A DNA stretch of 64,000 bases from Pseudomonadota bacterium (GCA_963205195.1 CAUJHR010000008.1:2329-66328); one strand, 5' to 3'; counted from the stretch's first letter, positions 17,594-28,226 are shown. Numbers and translations: made by a program. The notes: generated by a model from the sequence alone, not told the origin.

Positions 17594-19063
17594 TTAATCT
17601 TTCTTAGTATAAATGCTTATTATCTTATCGTGATATACCTGCTGCCAATAATCATGATAAGAACCGCGCTCATAAGCTTTGGAAAAATTTGAATAATTAG
17701 CAACCATTATTACATCTATATTATAAGGCTCTATAATCTGCTGCCAGTCCTTGTCCAGATTGAAAAAGCCAAGAAAATCCGTAAGCAGCTTTTCACTATA
17801 AGCTGTTCCTGCTCTCCCATCTATAAATACAGGAAGTTTTCCCTTGCTTTCATAGATAATCTTACCGCCCAGATCATAATCGTTTAATATGCGCTTTCCT
17901 GAATAGTTCTGCCTTATAAAATCAATAGCTGGAACCGGCGACTCTTCCACTTTATATTTATAATGCTCAGACCCTAAAAAGGGCAGCAGTATATAAGATA
18001 TAGGAATTGCAAGTATAATTACTGCCATAATAGCAGGTGAAAATTTTATGTTATTTATCCATGCAGCCAGCTTCTTTGTATTCTTATCTTGCTGGTTATC
18101 GGCAGGAAGGTTGCTAGCAAGGTAAGGTGCGCCCAGAATTGCCATGAACCCCATATTCCTTATGGAAAAGAAAGTTGCAACCAGCCACATTATAGCAAGT
18201 ATCTTATCGGCTATTGTTGCATTGCTGCCTTTAAAATTGCTAAGGCAGATAAAAGCAAGTATCCACGCAGAAGCGCCAAGGATATTGCCAAACACAAATG
18301 GCTGCCACTCCATTATGTATTTGGCTATTACACTATTTGTAGTACGCAACACCGCATCTATTACATGTATACCATAAGGATTTACAAGCAATGCCAAGAC
18401 ACATACCGCGCTTACTGCCAACAACCTGGCAAGCCATTTATATTGCCTGTAATAAATAGACTCCAGGCCAAATGCGCCTAAAATTATAAATGATACAAAA
18501 AAACTGCCATGGATATTTACCCATAACACAATAAGCAAAGGCAGGATAAATAGCAATTTCACACTTTTTTTGCTGGCAATAGATGGGCGGTTTATATGTA
18601 GTATATGGTGGAATGCAAGTGCAAAAAACATCCCCACTATCTGTGGCCGGGCATTCGCAAATTCCAACATACAATAAGTCGTAATCATACCCATAAAGAT
18701 AAGTGCGTTATTGCCAATTGCATAACGCTTACGCAGACTGGCAAGAAGAAGCGTAACGGCTAATGATGGGCAGAGAATTGCGAATATAAACAAACCTTCT
18801 ATTCCGGTTTTGTCATTTATAAAGCTGAGTACCACATCCCAAAGCCATGAAAGATTATACCATACCTGATCTCCACCGGTAAAAGACCAGGGGTCAAATT
18901 TAGGGAGGGAGCCCTGCGTGCGGATAAGATCACCAGCAGCAATATGCCAGCCAATATCATTATCCTGCAAAATAGGCGAACCAACAGCATATATAGTTGC
19001 AAAGCTCAGCAAAAATGCCAGAAGCATCATAGGTGTTGGCAAATATTTCTTTATCTTATTCAT
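17594..19063 (-). CDS. Polytopic membrane protein, possible GT-C-type glycosyltransferase (paralogue 1)
   Basis: The track ORF starts at a TTG (19072). The ATG at 19063 gives MNKIKKYLPTP, parallel to the paralogue's MEKIRKFLPAP. It lies 5 nt after the nadE stop. Confidence 0.75.
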   Translation of the reverse strand: MNKIKKYLPTPMMLLAFLLSFATIYAVGSPILQDNDIGWHIAAGDLIRTQGSLPKFDPWSFTGGDQVWYNLSWLWDVVLSFINDKTGIEGLFIFAILCPSLAVTLLLASLRKRYAIGNNALIFMGMITTYCMLEFANARPQIVGMFFALAFHHILHINRPSIASKKSVKLLFILPLLIVLWVNIHGSFFVSFIILGAFGLESIYYRQYKWLARLLAVSAVCVLALLVNPYGIHVIDAVLRTTNSVIAKYIMEWQPFVFGNILGASAWILAFICLSNFKGSNATIADKILAIMWLVATFFSIRNMGFMAILGAPYLASNLPADNQQDKNTKKLAAWINNIKFSPAIMAVIILAIPISYILLPFLGSEHYKYKVEESPVPAIDFIRQNYSGKRILNDYDLGGKIIYESKGKLPVFIDGRAGTAYSEKLLTDFLGFFNLDKDWQQIIEPYNIDVIMVANYSNFSKAYERGSYHDYWQQVYHDKIISIYTKKD

Positions 19064-19068
19064 AATGT

Positions 19069-20661
19069 TCAAAATTTATTGGTTATTGGAAATCGGCGGT
19101 CCTTGCCAAAAAGCATCGGCGAAATTTTAACGCCTGGGCAAGCTTGGCTGCGCTTATATTCAGAAAGCCGGACAAGTCGTATAATCTTTTCTACAATTAC
19201 ATTATCATATGCAGATGAAGCAATCTCTTCAGCGCTCATTCGTCCTTCTATATGTTTTTTGAGTATCTCATCAAGAATATCATAAGGCGGCAGATTATCA
19301 TCATCGCGCTGGCCGGGCTTTAATTCAGCCGACGGAGCCTTTTTTATACTATTTTCAGGGATGGCAGCAGATATAGTATTGCGCCAGTTAGCAAGCTTAT
19401 ATACTTGCGTTTTATAAATATCTTTAAGTACATTATAAGCGCCGCAAGAATCGCCATAGAGAGTTGAATAGCCAACTGCAATTTCTGATTTATTACCAGT
19501 AGATAACAGCAGGCTTCCGTAATTATTGGAAAGCCCCATCAAGATAACTGCGCGCAACCGGGCCTGTAAATTTCCGCCAATCTCTGCATTTTCCATCCAA
19601 TCGGTTTTCCCAAATTCAGGAGTAAGCAATTTTTCGAATGTTTCCATGCCTGTGCTTATGGGAATAATTTTAGTTTTAATTCCAAGCAATCTCGCGCTTT
19701 CTTTTGCATCGTCTATGCTGCCTTTAGAACTATATGGCGATGGCATAAGTACGCCCAGCACATTATCCGCACCCAGCGCGTCTACCGCCAGTGCAGCAGT
19801 AAGAGCCGAATCTATCCCGCCTGATAAACCAAGCAGCACTTTAGAAAATCCATTTTTTTTCACATAATCGGCAAGGCCAAGCTGCATTGCGCCCCAGATT
19901 TCGTTTTCGCTCCCAGAGACATTGGTAGTGGCAGCAGATGCCCAACCAATCTTTTCTTTGAAGCGCTCAAACCTGGAAATGATTTTGCCCTTAGCGTCCA
20001 CTACAAATGAACCACCATCAAATACCAGTTCATCCTGACCGCCAATAAGGTTTGCATAATATAGCCGGGCATTTATTATAGCTGCCGCATCTTTAGCAAG
20101 CTGGATCCTGCGCTCATATTTACCGATTTCAAAAGGCGAGGCATTAATTACAAAAACCGCCTCTAATTTCTGATTTTTTATTTTTCCTATATGGTCTTTA
20201 TCCCATAAATCCTCACATACCAGCACCGCAATTTTATGACCGCGCCAGTTTATGCCGATTGTTCCCTCACCTGGAGAAAATAAGCGTTTTTCATCAAACA
20301 CTCCATAATTAGGCAATATAGTTTTAGGCTGGATGTGTAGTATTTCTCCGCCATCTGCCAGGATTGCGGCATTGTGAATTTTATTTCCTGTTTCCCAGAC
20401 AGAACCTAGTATTATCGCTGCCCCGGAAGCAGTTTTTTTTGCAATCTTCTGTACCGCATCCATTGATTTTTGGCGGAAATCCGGCATCAGGATCAAATCC
20501 TGCGGGGAATAACCTGTTACACATAATTCCGGGAAAATCACCAGCTCAGCGCCGCCTTTAACCGCTTCTTCCCATGCGTTTATTATCTTCGTGCTGTTAC
20601 CTGCAATATCGCCAACGGTAAAATTTATTTGCCCAATTGCTACTTGTGGAAAATCAGCCAT
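19069..20661 (-). CDS. nadE: Glutamine-dependent NAD+ synthetase
   Basis: N-terminal CN-hydrolase domain (VIFPELCVTGY, VCEDLW) plus a C-terminal NAD synthetase domain with the SGGIDS PP-loop. Confidence 0.9.
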   Translation of the reverse strand: MADFPQVAIGQINFTVGDIAGNSTKIINAWEEAVKGGAELVIFPELCVTGYSPQDLILMPDFRQKSMDAVQKIAKKTASGAAIILGSVWETGNKIHNAAILADGGEILHIQPKTILPNYGVFDEKRLFSPGEGTIGINWRGHKIAVLVCEDLWDKDHIGKIKNQKLEAVFVINASPFEIGKYERRIQLAKDAAAIINARLYYANLIGGQDELVFDGGSFVVDAKGKIISRFERFKEKIGWASAATTNVSGSENEIWGAMQLGLADYVKKNGFSKVLLGLSGGIDSALTAALAVDALGADNVLGVLMPSPYSSKGSIDDAKESARLLGIKTKIIPISTGMETFEKLLTPEFGKTDWMENAEIGGNLQARLRAVILMGLSNNYGSLLLSTGNKSEIAVGYSTLYGDSCGAYNVLKDIYKTQVYKLANWRNTISAAIPENSIKKAPSAELKPGQRDDDNLPPYDILDEILKKHIEGRMSAEEIASSAYDNVIVEKIIRLVRLSEYKRSQACPGVKISPMLFGKDRRFPITNKF

Positions 20662-20662
20662 G

Positions 20663-21595
20663 TTACTTAGCTAGCAGTTTTTCCAGCTCCGGCAAAACAT
20701 CCTGCCACTGGGCAACCAGTCCGTAATCTGCTATTTCAAAAATAGGTGAATTCTCATCTTTATTTATGGCAACTATTACCTTGCTGTCTTTCATACCAGC
20801 AAGATGCTGTATAGCGCCGGATATACCGATTGCTATATAAAGATCAGGAGCAACCACTTTACCTGTCTGCCCAACCTGGTAATCATTAGGAACATAGCCA
20901 GCATCCACTGCAGCGCGTGAAGCACCGATCCCCGCACCCAGAATATCAGCAAGCTTTTCCAGATTTTTGAAATTCTCGGCAGAACCTAAACCGCGTCCGC
21001 CGGAAACAACAATACGCGCCGAAGTAAGCTCGGGGCGTTCGGATTTATTTGCTTTCAGTTCCACAAAACTTGAAAGTTCTCCGGCAGGAAAAGCTGCAAG
21101 GTTTTCAATTGCTGCATTTCCGCCATCGGGCGCCGGGGCGAAAGCAGTCTGGCGCAGGGTTATTATTTTTATAGCGTCATCGCTCTGCACAGTCTCTAAT
21201 GCATTCCCTGCATATATCGGGCGAACGAAACTATCAGGTGAAATTATTTTTATAATTTCTGAAACTTGCGACATATCAAGTAATGCAGCCAGGCGAGGCA
21301 TAATATCCTTACCAGTTGTTGTAGCAGTTGCAATTATGTGCGAATAGTTTTTAGCAACCGAAGCCATAAGCGGCGCCATGTTTTCTGCCAGAGGATATGC
21401 GTAATGCGGAGCATCAGAATATAATATTTTTTTAACGCCTGCGATTTTTGCGGCTTCCTTGCTTACAGAAGAGGCATTAGAACCAGCAACCATAATATGT
21501 ATTTCACCACCTAGTTCAGAAGCAGCACTAACCGCATGGCGTGTTGCTGGATGTAGTGACTGATTGTTATGCTCGGCGAGTATAAGGATGCTCAT
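20663..21595 (-). CDS. etfA: Electron transfer flavoprotein alpha subunit
   Basis: C-terminal FAD-binding region VVSGGRG ... [11 protein letters not shown] ... QVGQTGK ... [13 protein letters not shown]. Confidence 0.9.
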   Translation of the reverse strand: MSILILAEHNNQSLHPATRHAVSAASELGGEIHIMVAGSNASSVSKEAAKIAGVKKILYSDAPHYAYPLAENMAPLMASVAKNYSHIIATATTTGKDIMPRLAALLDMSQVSEIIKIISPDSFVRPIYAGNALETVQSDDAIKIITLRQTAFAPAPDGGNAAIENLAAFPAGELSSFVELKANKSERPELTSARIVVSGGRGLGSAENFKNLEKLADILGAGIGASRAAVDAGYVPNDYQVGQTGKVVAPDLYIAIGISGAIQHLAGMKDSKVIVAINKDENSPIFEIADYGLVAQWQDVLPELEKLLAK

Positions 21596-22341
21596 ATTAC
21601 CTTCGCCTCATTTTTCAGTTTATCAACCAGCTCAGCAGCATTTGCAACCTTACCGCCACCAACGCGTTTCTTTGGCTCTTCATATTTAAGGTGCTTGATG
21701 CGTGGGGTTATATCTATACCAAGCTCCGCAACTGTAATTTTAGTAAGCGGCTTTGTGCGCGCTTTCATTATATTGGGAAGAGTTGCATAACGTGGCTCAT
21801 TCAGGCGCAGATCGGTGCTTATAACAGCTGGAAGCGCAAGTTTAACCGTCATAAGTCCGCCATCAATTTCACGTATTACAACAGCAGAATTATTTTCTAT
21901 AGTGACTTTAGAGGCAAATGTCCCCTGCCCCCAACCCAGCAAACCGGCTAGCATTTGCCCTGTCTGGTTGGCGTCATCATCAATTGCCTGCTTTCCGATT
22001 ATTACAAGTTGCGGTTTTTCCTGTTCAACCAGTTTGGCAAGGATTTTTGCCGCACCAAGAGGCTGTATCTCACTATCGCTAGCAACTAAAATTGCCCGGT
22101 CAGCGCCCATCGCGATAGCCGAACGCAAAACTTCCTGCGCGGCATCAACACCCATTGAAACTGCTATAACTTCGCTGGCTATTCCTTTTTCCTTGAGTCT
22201 TACCGCTTCTTCAACAGCGATTTCGTCAAACGGGTTCATCGACATTTTAACGCCCGCAGTCTCCACCCCCGAACCATCGGCACGGACACGGATACGCACG
22301 TTATAATCCACAACTCGCTTTACGGGGACTAATATCTTCAT
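21592..22341 (-). CDS. etfB: Electron transfer flavoprotein beta subunit
   Basis: [19 protein letters not shown] ... [14 protein letters not shown]. 4-nt overlap with etfA. Confidence 0.9.
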   Translation of the reverse strand: MKILVPVKRVVDYNVRIRVRADGSGVETAGVKMSMNPFDEIAVEEAVRLKEKGIASEVIAVSMGVDAAQEVLRSAIAMGADRAILVASDSEIQPLGAAKILAKLVEQEKPQLVIIGKQAIDDDANQTGQMLAGLLGWGQGTFASKVTIENNSAVVIREIDGGLMTVKLALPAVISTDLRLNEPRYATLPNIMKARTKPLTKITVAELGIDITPRIKHLKYEEPKKRVGGGKVANAAELVDKLKNEAKVI

Positions 22342-22375
22342 TCTAATATACTAACAGCAAGTTTTTAATAATTAA

Positions 22376-23329
22376 TTAACGCAAAGCCTTTGTGAAATAG
22401 GCTATAGCCTTATCTAGCCCCCTATCAAGGGAAATTTTAGGCTGCCACCCTAACAATTGCCCCGCCAGACTTATATCTGGCTGCCTTTGCATAGGATCGT
22501 CCTGCGGTAATGGTTTATAGGCCAAAGGGGACTTGCTGCCGGTTTTTTCAAGTATCTTCTCGGCTATCTCCTCAATAGTGAATTCATCGGGATTGCCAAG
22601 GTTTACAGGCCCTGTAATACCTTCTTTGCTTTCCATCATTGCTATAATACCGGCCACCATATCGTCAATATAGCAAAAGGATCTGGTTTGTGAACCATCA
22701 CCATAAATAGTAACAGGTTCCCCCGCCAGCGCCTGGCAGATAAAATTGGAGATCACCCGACCATCATCTTTACGCATTTGCGGGCCATATGTATTAAAAA
22801 TACGCACTATCTTAATATTAGTTTTATACTGGCGATGATAATCGAAACATAAAGTTTCGGCAGCGCGTTTTCCTTCGTCATAACAGGCACGCGGCCCTAT
22901 TGTATTCACATTACCAAGATAGGTTTCTGGTTGCGGATGGACCTGCGGGTTTCCATATACTTCGCTAGTGGAGGTTTGCAATATCTTAGCATTATGTGCT
23001 TTCGCAAGATCAAGCAGGTTTTTCATACCAAGTATATTTACCATCATGGTACGGACCGGGTCGGGCTGGTAATGTGCCGGGGATGCTGGACAGGCAAGGT
23101 TGTATATTTCATCAAAGTAAGCGCCATTGGCAGCTTCAAAGGTAAAAGGTATGGTTATGTCATGCTCTATAAGCGAGAATCTTCCACTTTCTTTTAGAGG
23201 CTCTATATTTTCCCGTTTTCCAGTGAAAAAATTATCAAGCGCAACTACGTTATCGCCGCGAGCAATAAGTGTAGAGCATAAATGCGAGCCAATAAACCCC
23301 GCGCCACCAGCAATTAAAATGTTTTTCAT
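22376..23329 (-). CDS. UDP-glucuronate decarboxylase-like NAD-dependent epimerase/dehydratase
   Basis: Rossmann motif ILIAGGAGFIGSHLC, DNFFTGKRENI, and YDEGKR catalytic Y-x3-K, as in UXS/ArnA-type SDRs. Confidence 0.8.
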   Translation of the reverse strand: MKNILIAGGAGFIGSHLCSTLIARGDNVVALDNFFTGKRENIEPLKESGRFSLIEHDITIPFTFEAANGAYFDEIYNLACPASPAHYQPDPVRTMMVNILGMKNLLDLAKAHNAKILQTSTSEVYGNPQVHPQPETYLGNVNTIGPRACYDEGKRAAETLCFDYHRQYKTNIKIVRIFNTYGPQMRKDDGRVISNFICQALAGEPVTIYGDGSQTRSFCYIDDMVAGIIAMMESKEGITGPVNLGNPDEFTIEEIAEKILEKTGSKSPLAYKPLPQDDPMQRQPDISLAGQLLGWQPKISLDRGLDKAIAYFTKALR

Positions 23330-23387
23330 GCTGTTTTTATATAAAGAAAACCAGAATATTCAAGAGAATCCTTAAGTATATTAAGAA

Positions 23388-24662
23388 TTACTCCGTTATT
23401 CGAACTTTACTAGCTTTCTTAGCAATGCCATTGAGAATGTTTTTTAAAGTATCACCGTCAGGTGCAAAGAAGTATTTGTCAGGAGTTGATGCACAAGCTG
23501 TCATTGTAGCCAAACCTTCCGGGTCCTTCTCGGCAAAATTAATAGTAAATACAGTAACACCAGATTTTTTCAGATTAGTACATTGCTCAAGGAATTCAGG
23601 ATAATTATTGCAAACCCCTGGCGGTGGAGCCGCAGGTACAGGCGCTCCATACTGCATTGGATCATCTGTATAAAGAGCCGGGTACTTATTATACCATTCA
23701 ATCCCACCCCAGCAAGGCAATGCTTGATGCATTATCTCACCGTCAGTTATGAAAACCAGATATTTCACTTTACTTAATTGCGCTCCATCATCACGATAGG
23801 TGGCAGGACCAGGAACTCCCGTATTTCGCTCAGCAAGGCAATATTTGGGCTTCCCATCAATTCCACATAATTTCGTAGGTGGATAAAAGCCATTCCACAC
23901 ACCGGTTATCATGTTAAAGCCGGCTTCCAATCCCCAATGGCTATAAGTTTCGCCATATACATCAATAGCGTCAACATATGTTTGCACTTCTGCTTTATTT
24001 GAACTCAAGCCATGAGCATGGTCAATTGGACCCGAGTGGCCAATCAAGCCCATGCGGAGGTTTGGATTTTGCGGTTGATCCTCGGGAAACAAACTGTCCA
24101 CCATGCTGGTTACCGCTTCTTTTTCTGCCTGGAAACGAGTTTTACCACTACCATCAGGCATCATCGCTTCTGTAGAACCTGATTCATCAACAACAATAAC
24201 CACATCGAAATCCGGAATATTCTTGTTAGGTATCTTAGCCGCGGTCCTTGCCGAAATATTAAGGCTTCCCTTGCCTATAGTGGTTATATAATTGGTATTT
24301 ATATTCTGGTTATTGCCTACTATTATTACACCGCTTGATTTATCAAAATTATAAGATGGGTTTTCCCTTGTAACTCCTAAATATTTAGTAGGGAAATTAA
24401 GGTTATAATAGCGCTTAGCTGTAGATTCGCGTATGGCTTTCTCCTCGGTGTTTGTAGTATCTTTATCTATTATATTTGCTGCAGCAAGCGTTGCTATATC
24501 GGAAGCCTGCTGTTCTTTCATCTGGATAAGCTGCGCCCTGCCAAAATCAATACCAGCGCCAGAAATTGCAAAGATTATGAGGACAAAAACGCCCGTCATA
24601 ATGAAAACACCGCCTTCATTAGAACGGCATAAGGCCGCAATTGATCTCAAATGATTTTTCAT
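23388..24662 (-). CDS. TadG-like pseudopilin with vWA domain (paralogue B)
   Basis: N-terminal Tad_N-type hydrophobic segment MTGVFVLIIFAISGAGIDFGRAQ. vWA MIDAS motif DVVIVVDESGST. About 60 % identical by eye to 24733-25983. Confidence 0.75.
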   Translation of the reverse strand: MKNHLRSIAALCRSNEGGVFIMTGVFVLIIFAISGAGIDFGRAQLIQMKEQQASDIATLAAANIIDKDTTNTEEKAIRESTAKRYYNLNFPTKYLGVTRENPSYNFDKSSGVIIVGNNQNINTNYITTIGKGSLNISARTAAKIPNKNIPDFDVVIVVDESGSTEAMMPDGSGKTRFQAEKEAVTSMVDSLFPEDQPQNPNLRMGLIGHSGPIDHAHGLSSNKAEVQTYVDAIDVYGETYSHWGLEAGFNMITGVWNGFYPPTKLCGIDGKPKYCLAERNTGVPGPATYRDDGAQLSKVKYLVFITDGEIMHQALPCWGGIEWYNKYPALYTDDPMQYGAPVPAAPPPGVCNNYPEFLEQCTNLKKSGVTVFTINFAEKDPEGLATMTACASTPDKYFFAPDGDTLKNILNGIAKKASKVRITE

Positions 24663-24732
24663 GATCTACCATAAGTTAATTTAATCTAACCATATTAGCA
24701 TTGATTAGTTAACAAACTTTAAACTTATGGCA

Positions 24733-25983
24733 TTACTCAGTTATTCGCACTTTGTTGGCTTTTTTAACAATGCCCGATAGAATATTTCTCAAGGTATTTC
24801 CATCAGGAGCGTAAAAATACTTGTCTTCGGAGGAAGCACAAGCCTTCATCGGATCTACGTCACCTTTATCTTCCTGAGCAAAGTTTATGGTATAGAGTGT
24901 GGCTTTAGCATCATTTTTGATTTTATCGCATTGCTCATAGAATTTACGGTAATTACGGCAAGTATCGCCGGGGGCAGCTACGTCATCAGCCATAATAGCA
25001 GGGTATTGTATTCGCATATTCCCAACCCCATCTTCGTCGCAAGGAGCAGCCTGACGCATAATAAAACCATCAGTAATGAATACAACGTATTTTACCTTAC
25101 TTAATTTTTCGCCATCATCGCGTGCGGTAACGGCTGGAGGAACTCCCACATTACGTTCAGCAGCACATTCATTTGTTGGAGAATGCAAAATGCAATGCTG
25201 CGGCGGAGTAAAGCTGCTCCAGTTCCCAGAAATCATATTAAAACCTGCTTCCAACCCATAATGGCTATAGGTAAAAGGATAATAATCCAATGGAGGTATA
25301 TAGCTCTTGGCTTGAACCTTATCAGAAGTAAGACCATAAGCATTATTTATGGCTCCAGAATGCGCCACAACCCCCATACGCAGGTTAGGATTCACTGGCT
25401 GGTTATCCGGAAACAGGCTTTCAATCATGTCATTAATAGCTGCTTTTTCCGTTTCCAGCCTACTTATACCTGTAACTGGCATCGGCTCGTTGGTAGAACC
25501 AGATACGTCCACCACCATAACAACATCAAAATCAGGCATATTTTTATTCGGTATCTTAACCGCAGTCCTGGATGCTACATCGAGACTATCCCTACCTATA
25601 GTATTTATATAGTTAGTCTTCACATTCTGACTGCTGCTTACCACTATGGTTCCATTTGCCTTATTAAAATTATAGGTTGGGTCTTCACGTGTAACACCCA
25701 AATATTTAACAGGGAAATTAAGGTTATAATAGCGCTGGGCTGTTGCCTCACGTATCGTGTTTTCATCCGGATTAACCGTATCCTTATCAAGGACGTTAGC
25801 CGCCGCAAGCGTTGCAATGTCAGAAGCCTGCTGCTCTTTCATCTGCACTAGCTGCGCCCTTCCAAAGTCTATACCCGCGCCGGCAATTGCAAAAATGATT
25901 AGTATGAAAACCCCGGTCATGATCAGCACATTTCCGGTGTTGGAATACAATAAAGATATGAGTTTTTTCATAGGTTTTTTCAT
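24733..25983 (-). CDS. TadG-like pseudopilin with vWA domain (paralogue A)
   Basis: The track ORF extends to 26109 and overlaps the upstream gene. The ATG at 25983 (MKKPMKKLISLL) aligns with the paralogue's N-terminus and begins 8 nt after the upstream stop. MIDAS motif DVVMVVDVSGST. Confidence 0.75.
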   Translation of the reverse strand: MKKPMKKLISLLYSNTGNVLIMTGVFILIIFAIAGAGIDFGRAQLVQMKEQQASDIATLAAANVLDKDTVNPDENTIREATAQRYYNLNFPVKYLGVTREDPTYNFNKANGTIVVSSSQNVKTNYINTIGRDSLDVASRTAVKIPNKNMPDFDVVMVVDVSGSTNEPMPVTGISRLETEKAAINDMIESLFPDNQPVNPNLRMGVVAHSGAINNAYGLTSDKVQAKSYIPPLDYYPFTYSHYGLEAGFNMISGNWSSFTPPQHCILHSPTNECAAERNVGVPPAVTARDDGEKLSKVKYVVFITDGFIMRQAAPCDEDGVGNMRIQYPAIMADDVAAPGDTCRNYRKFYEQCDKIKNDAKATLYTINFAQEDKGDVDPMKACASSEDKYFYAPDGNTLRNILSGIVKKANKVRITE

Positions 25984-25990
25984 ATAAATA

Positions 25991-26683
25991 TTATGGATTA
26001 AAGTTAGGCGGCAAATCAAGCAAGTTGCCTTGGCGCGGCATTGCAAAGTTCCTAGAAACCATGGTGGTTTGCGCCAGAGACGGCGCACCGAACCGGGTAA
26101 GTATATCACTGACTATTGGACGGTAATTATAGAATACTTCAACAACAATAAAATTTTCGCCTTGCTGCATAGTGGCAAGTGTTGTCTGTATATCGGCATT
26201 AAATGTTGCAACAGTATCACGTACTCCTGGATTTACTGCGCCTGGGGCCAAACCGTTTACAATGCTGAAAGTATCGCCATTGGAAAGGCTGCCGCCTCCA
26301 GCCACCTGCCATTTAATAACCTTATCATTAGGAGCAGCGGCAGCTGTCTTTACAACCGAAGTAACGATGGCATTTATATCGGCATTGCTGTCATATGGTT
26401 CCATCATCTTGGTAATTTGATCAAAGGCATTACTCCGGATATTATCTTCGCTAACTTCATTTCCCGGCGAAACTGTTGGGTATTGCGCGGGAAGATATTG
26501 CACTATGATATTTGAAAGTGCGTAGGTAGTCCTCTCAACTTTTTGCAAGATAATAATGTAACGCGTAAGTTCAACAACCCCAAAAATCAAGGCTAGAAGC
26601 AAAGGTGCTACGAAAGCAAACTCAACCAATGCCAGGCCACCCTGGTTAGAAATTAGTGACCTGATTGAAAATCGCTTCTGCAT
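25991..26683 (-). CDS. TadE-like pseudopilin
   Basis: N-terminal TadE signature GGLALVEFAFVAPLLLALIFGVVELTRY. Confidence 0.7.
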   Translation of the reverse strand: MQKRFSIRSLISNQGGLALVEFAFVAPLLLALIFGVVELTRYIIILQKVERTTYALSNIIVQYLPAQYPTVSPGNEVSEDNIRSNAFDQITKMMEPYDSNADINAIVTSVVKTAAAAPNDKVIKWQVAGGGSLSNGDTFSIVNGLAPGAVNPGVRDTVATFNADIQTTLATMQQGENFIVVEVFYNYRPIVSDILTRFGAPSLAQTTMVSRNFAMPRQGNLLDLPPNFNP

Positions 26684-27318
26684 TATTCATTCCTGATTAT
26701 AGTTGATTCACTTATCATGACCACTCCATTATGGGCTGGACCGCCAAAGAACTGGCTCATAAACGGCATTTGTATACTCCAAGGATATGAGATGCGGACC
26801 TCAATAACATCGCCAACACCTGCAACATTTGTAGAACCGGTATTAATTCCACCAGAAGGCGTATAATTTCCATCGCCATCCACATCTTCATAAATTTTAC
26901 AATCCTCCTTTGGAGTTTCGCTGCTTGGATGTTCGGGATCATTAAGGCATATATCAGGAGCTTTGGAAGTTTCACCTGCACTTAAATTGGCTATCTGCAC
27001 CTGCGTACGATCTCCATTTATAAGAGCTGAGGATTTTTCCTTAACTACACATTTTATATAATCAATCTGCCGTTCTTTTGTGGTTTTAGATGTATCTGTT
27101 GGGCATGAGCTATCCGATATTTTCTGGATGGAAGATATGCGGGAAACATCAACTGCTATACGCTCAACAGTAATTTTATGGTACATATATAGCCCAAATT
27201 CCATCATCCCGAACATTATCAGGAAAAATACCGGCGCAACTACAGCAAATTCGATGATGGTAGCACCATCATTGCTGCGAAAAAGTCCTGAAAAAACCGG
27301 GCGTTTTATGTATTTCAT
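26683..27318 (-). CDS. TadE-like pseudopilin
   Basis: N-terminal TadE signature GATIIEFAVVAPVFFLIMFGMMEFGLY. Its stop overlaps the next gene's start at 26683. Confidence 0.7.
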   Translation of the reverse strand: MKYIKRPVFSGLFRSNDGATIIEFAVVAPVFFLIMFGMMEFGLYMYHKITVERIAVDVSRISSIQKISDSSCPTDTSKTTKERQIDYIKCVVKEKSSALINGDRTQVQIANLSAGETSKAPDICLNDPEHPSSETPKEDCKIYEDVDGDGNYTPSGGINTGSTNVAGVGDVIEVRISYPWSIQMPFMSQFFGGPAHNGVVMISESTIIRNE

Positions 27319-27452
27319 TTTTAATAACTTAATATATGTTGCGAGAAATTTAAGTTGATAATAGCATATTCGACCATTATTTGCCTAAATAAACTATAAT
27401 ATAAATTACGTTAAAATGTAATAGATATTTTAACTAATACGCAGGATTATTA

Positions 27453-28226
27453 ATGATTATCGTGCTTTCCCCATCAAAAACCCTTGATTATACAACAAAG
27501 ATAAGAGTTGATAATTCTACGATACCAGAATTTTTAAAGGAATCTGCCCAACTCATAAAATGCCTGCAGCAAAAGAAACCATCTGAAATATCAGAATTAA
27601 TGGGGATAAGCAGCAAGCTTTCCGAGCTTAATTGCCAGCGCTATAAGGATTTTCATACGCCTTTTACCTTGGAAAATTCAAGGCCCGCCATATTAGCTTT
27701 TAAGGGCGACGTATATGAAGCAATTGATATTGAAAAATATAATAAAAATGACTTTGAATTCGCCCAGGAGCATTTGCGGATATTATCTGGCCTATATGGG
27801 CTGCTTAAGCCGCTTGACCTAATACAACCATACCGCCTGGAAATGGGAATAGCCCTGAAAAATCCAAAGGGAAAGGATTTATATGAATTTTGGGGTGATA
27901 AAATCACAAAAGCCATCAATATTTCAATGGAAATCCAAAAATCCAAGCTTCTGGTAAACCTGGCATCACAGGAATATTTTAAAGCGGTAAATGAGAAAAA
28001 ATTAAATGGTAAACTGCTGAATATCATATTCAAAGAAAAACAGGGCGGAGAATACAAGATAATTGGCCTTTTTGCTAAAAAGGCACGTGGCTCAATGGCC
28101 GATTTTATAATCAGGAACAGAATTGAAAATATGCATGGATTGTACGAATTCCGCGGCAATGGTTACAGTTTCAACAAAAAACTATCAGATGAATTTAATT
28201 ATGTTTTCACCCGCAGCAAACCTTAG
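27453..28226 (+). CDS. yaaA: Peroxide stress protein YaaA (DUF328)
   Basis: MIIVLSPSKTLD ... AILAFKGDVY ... HLRILSGLYGLLKPLD ... MADFI are typical YaaA. Confidence 0.85.
   Translation: MIIVLSPSKTLDYTTKIRVDNSTIPEFLKESAQLIKCLQQKKPSEISELMGISSKLSELNCQRYKDFHTPFTLENSRPAILAFKGDVYEAIDIEKYNKNDFEFAQEHLRILSGLYGLLKPLDLIQPYRLEMGIALKNPKGKDLYEFWGDKITKAINISMEIQKSKLLVNLASQEYFKAVNEKKLNGKLLNIIFKEKQGGEYKIIGLFAKKARGSMADFIIRNRIENMHGLYEFRGNGYSFNKKLSDEFNYVFTRSKP

Noticed and set aside
25984-26109. The 42-codon N-terminal extension of the track ORF 24733-26109.
   Set aside because: The extension overlaps the upstream TadE-like gene and has no counterpart in the paralogue. The ATG at 25983 reproduces the paralogue's N-terminus.
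21815-26515. Numerous plus-strand track ORFs inside etfB, the TadG and the TadE genes (for example 21815-22306, 25183-25851, 26030-26515).
   Set aside because: All are antisense to genes with strong family motifs. They lack RBS signals and have biased, repetitive products.
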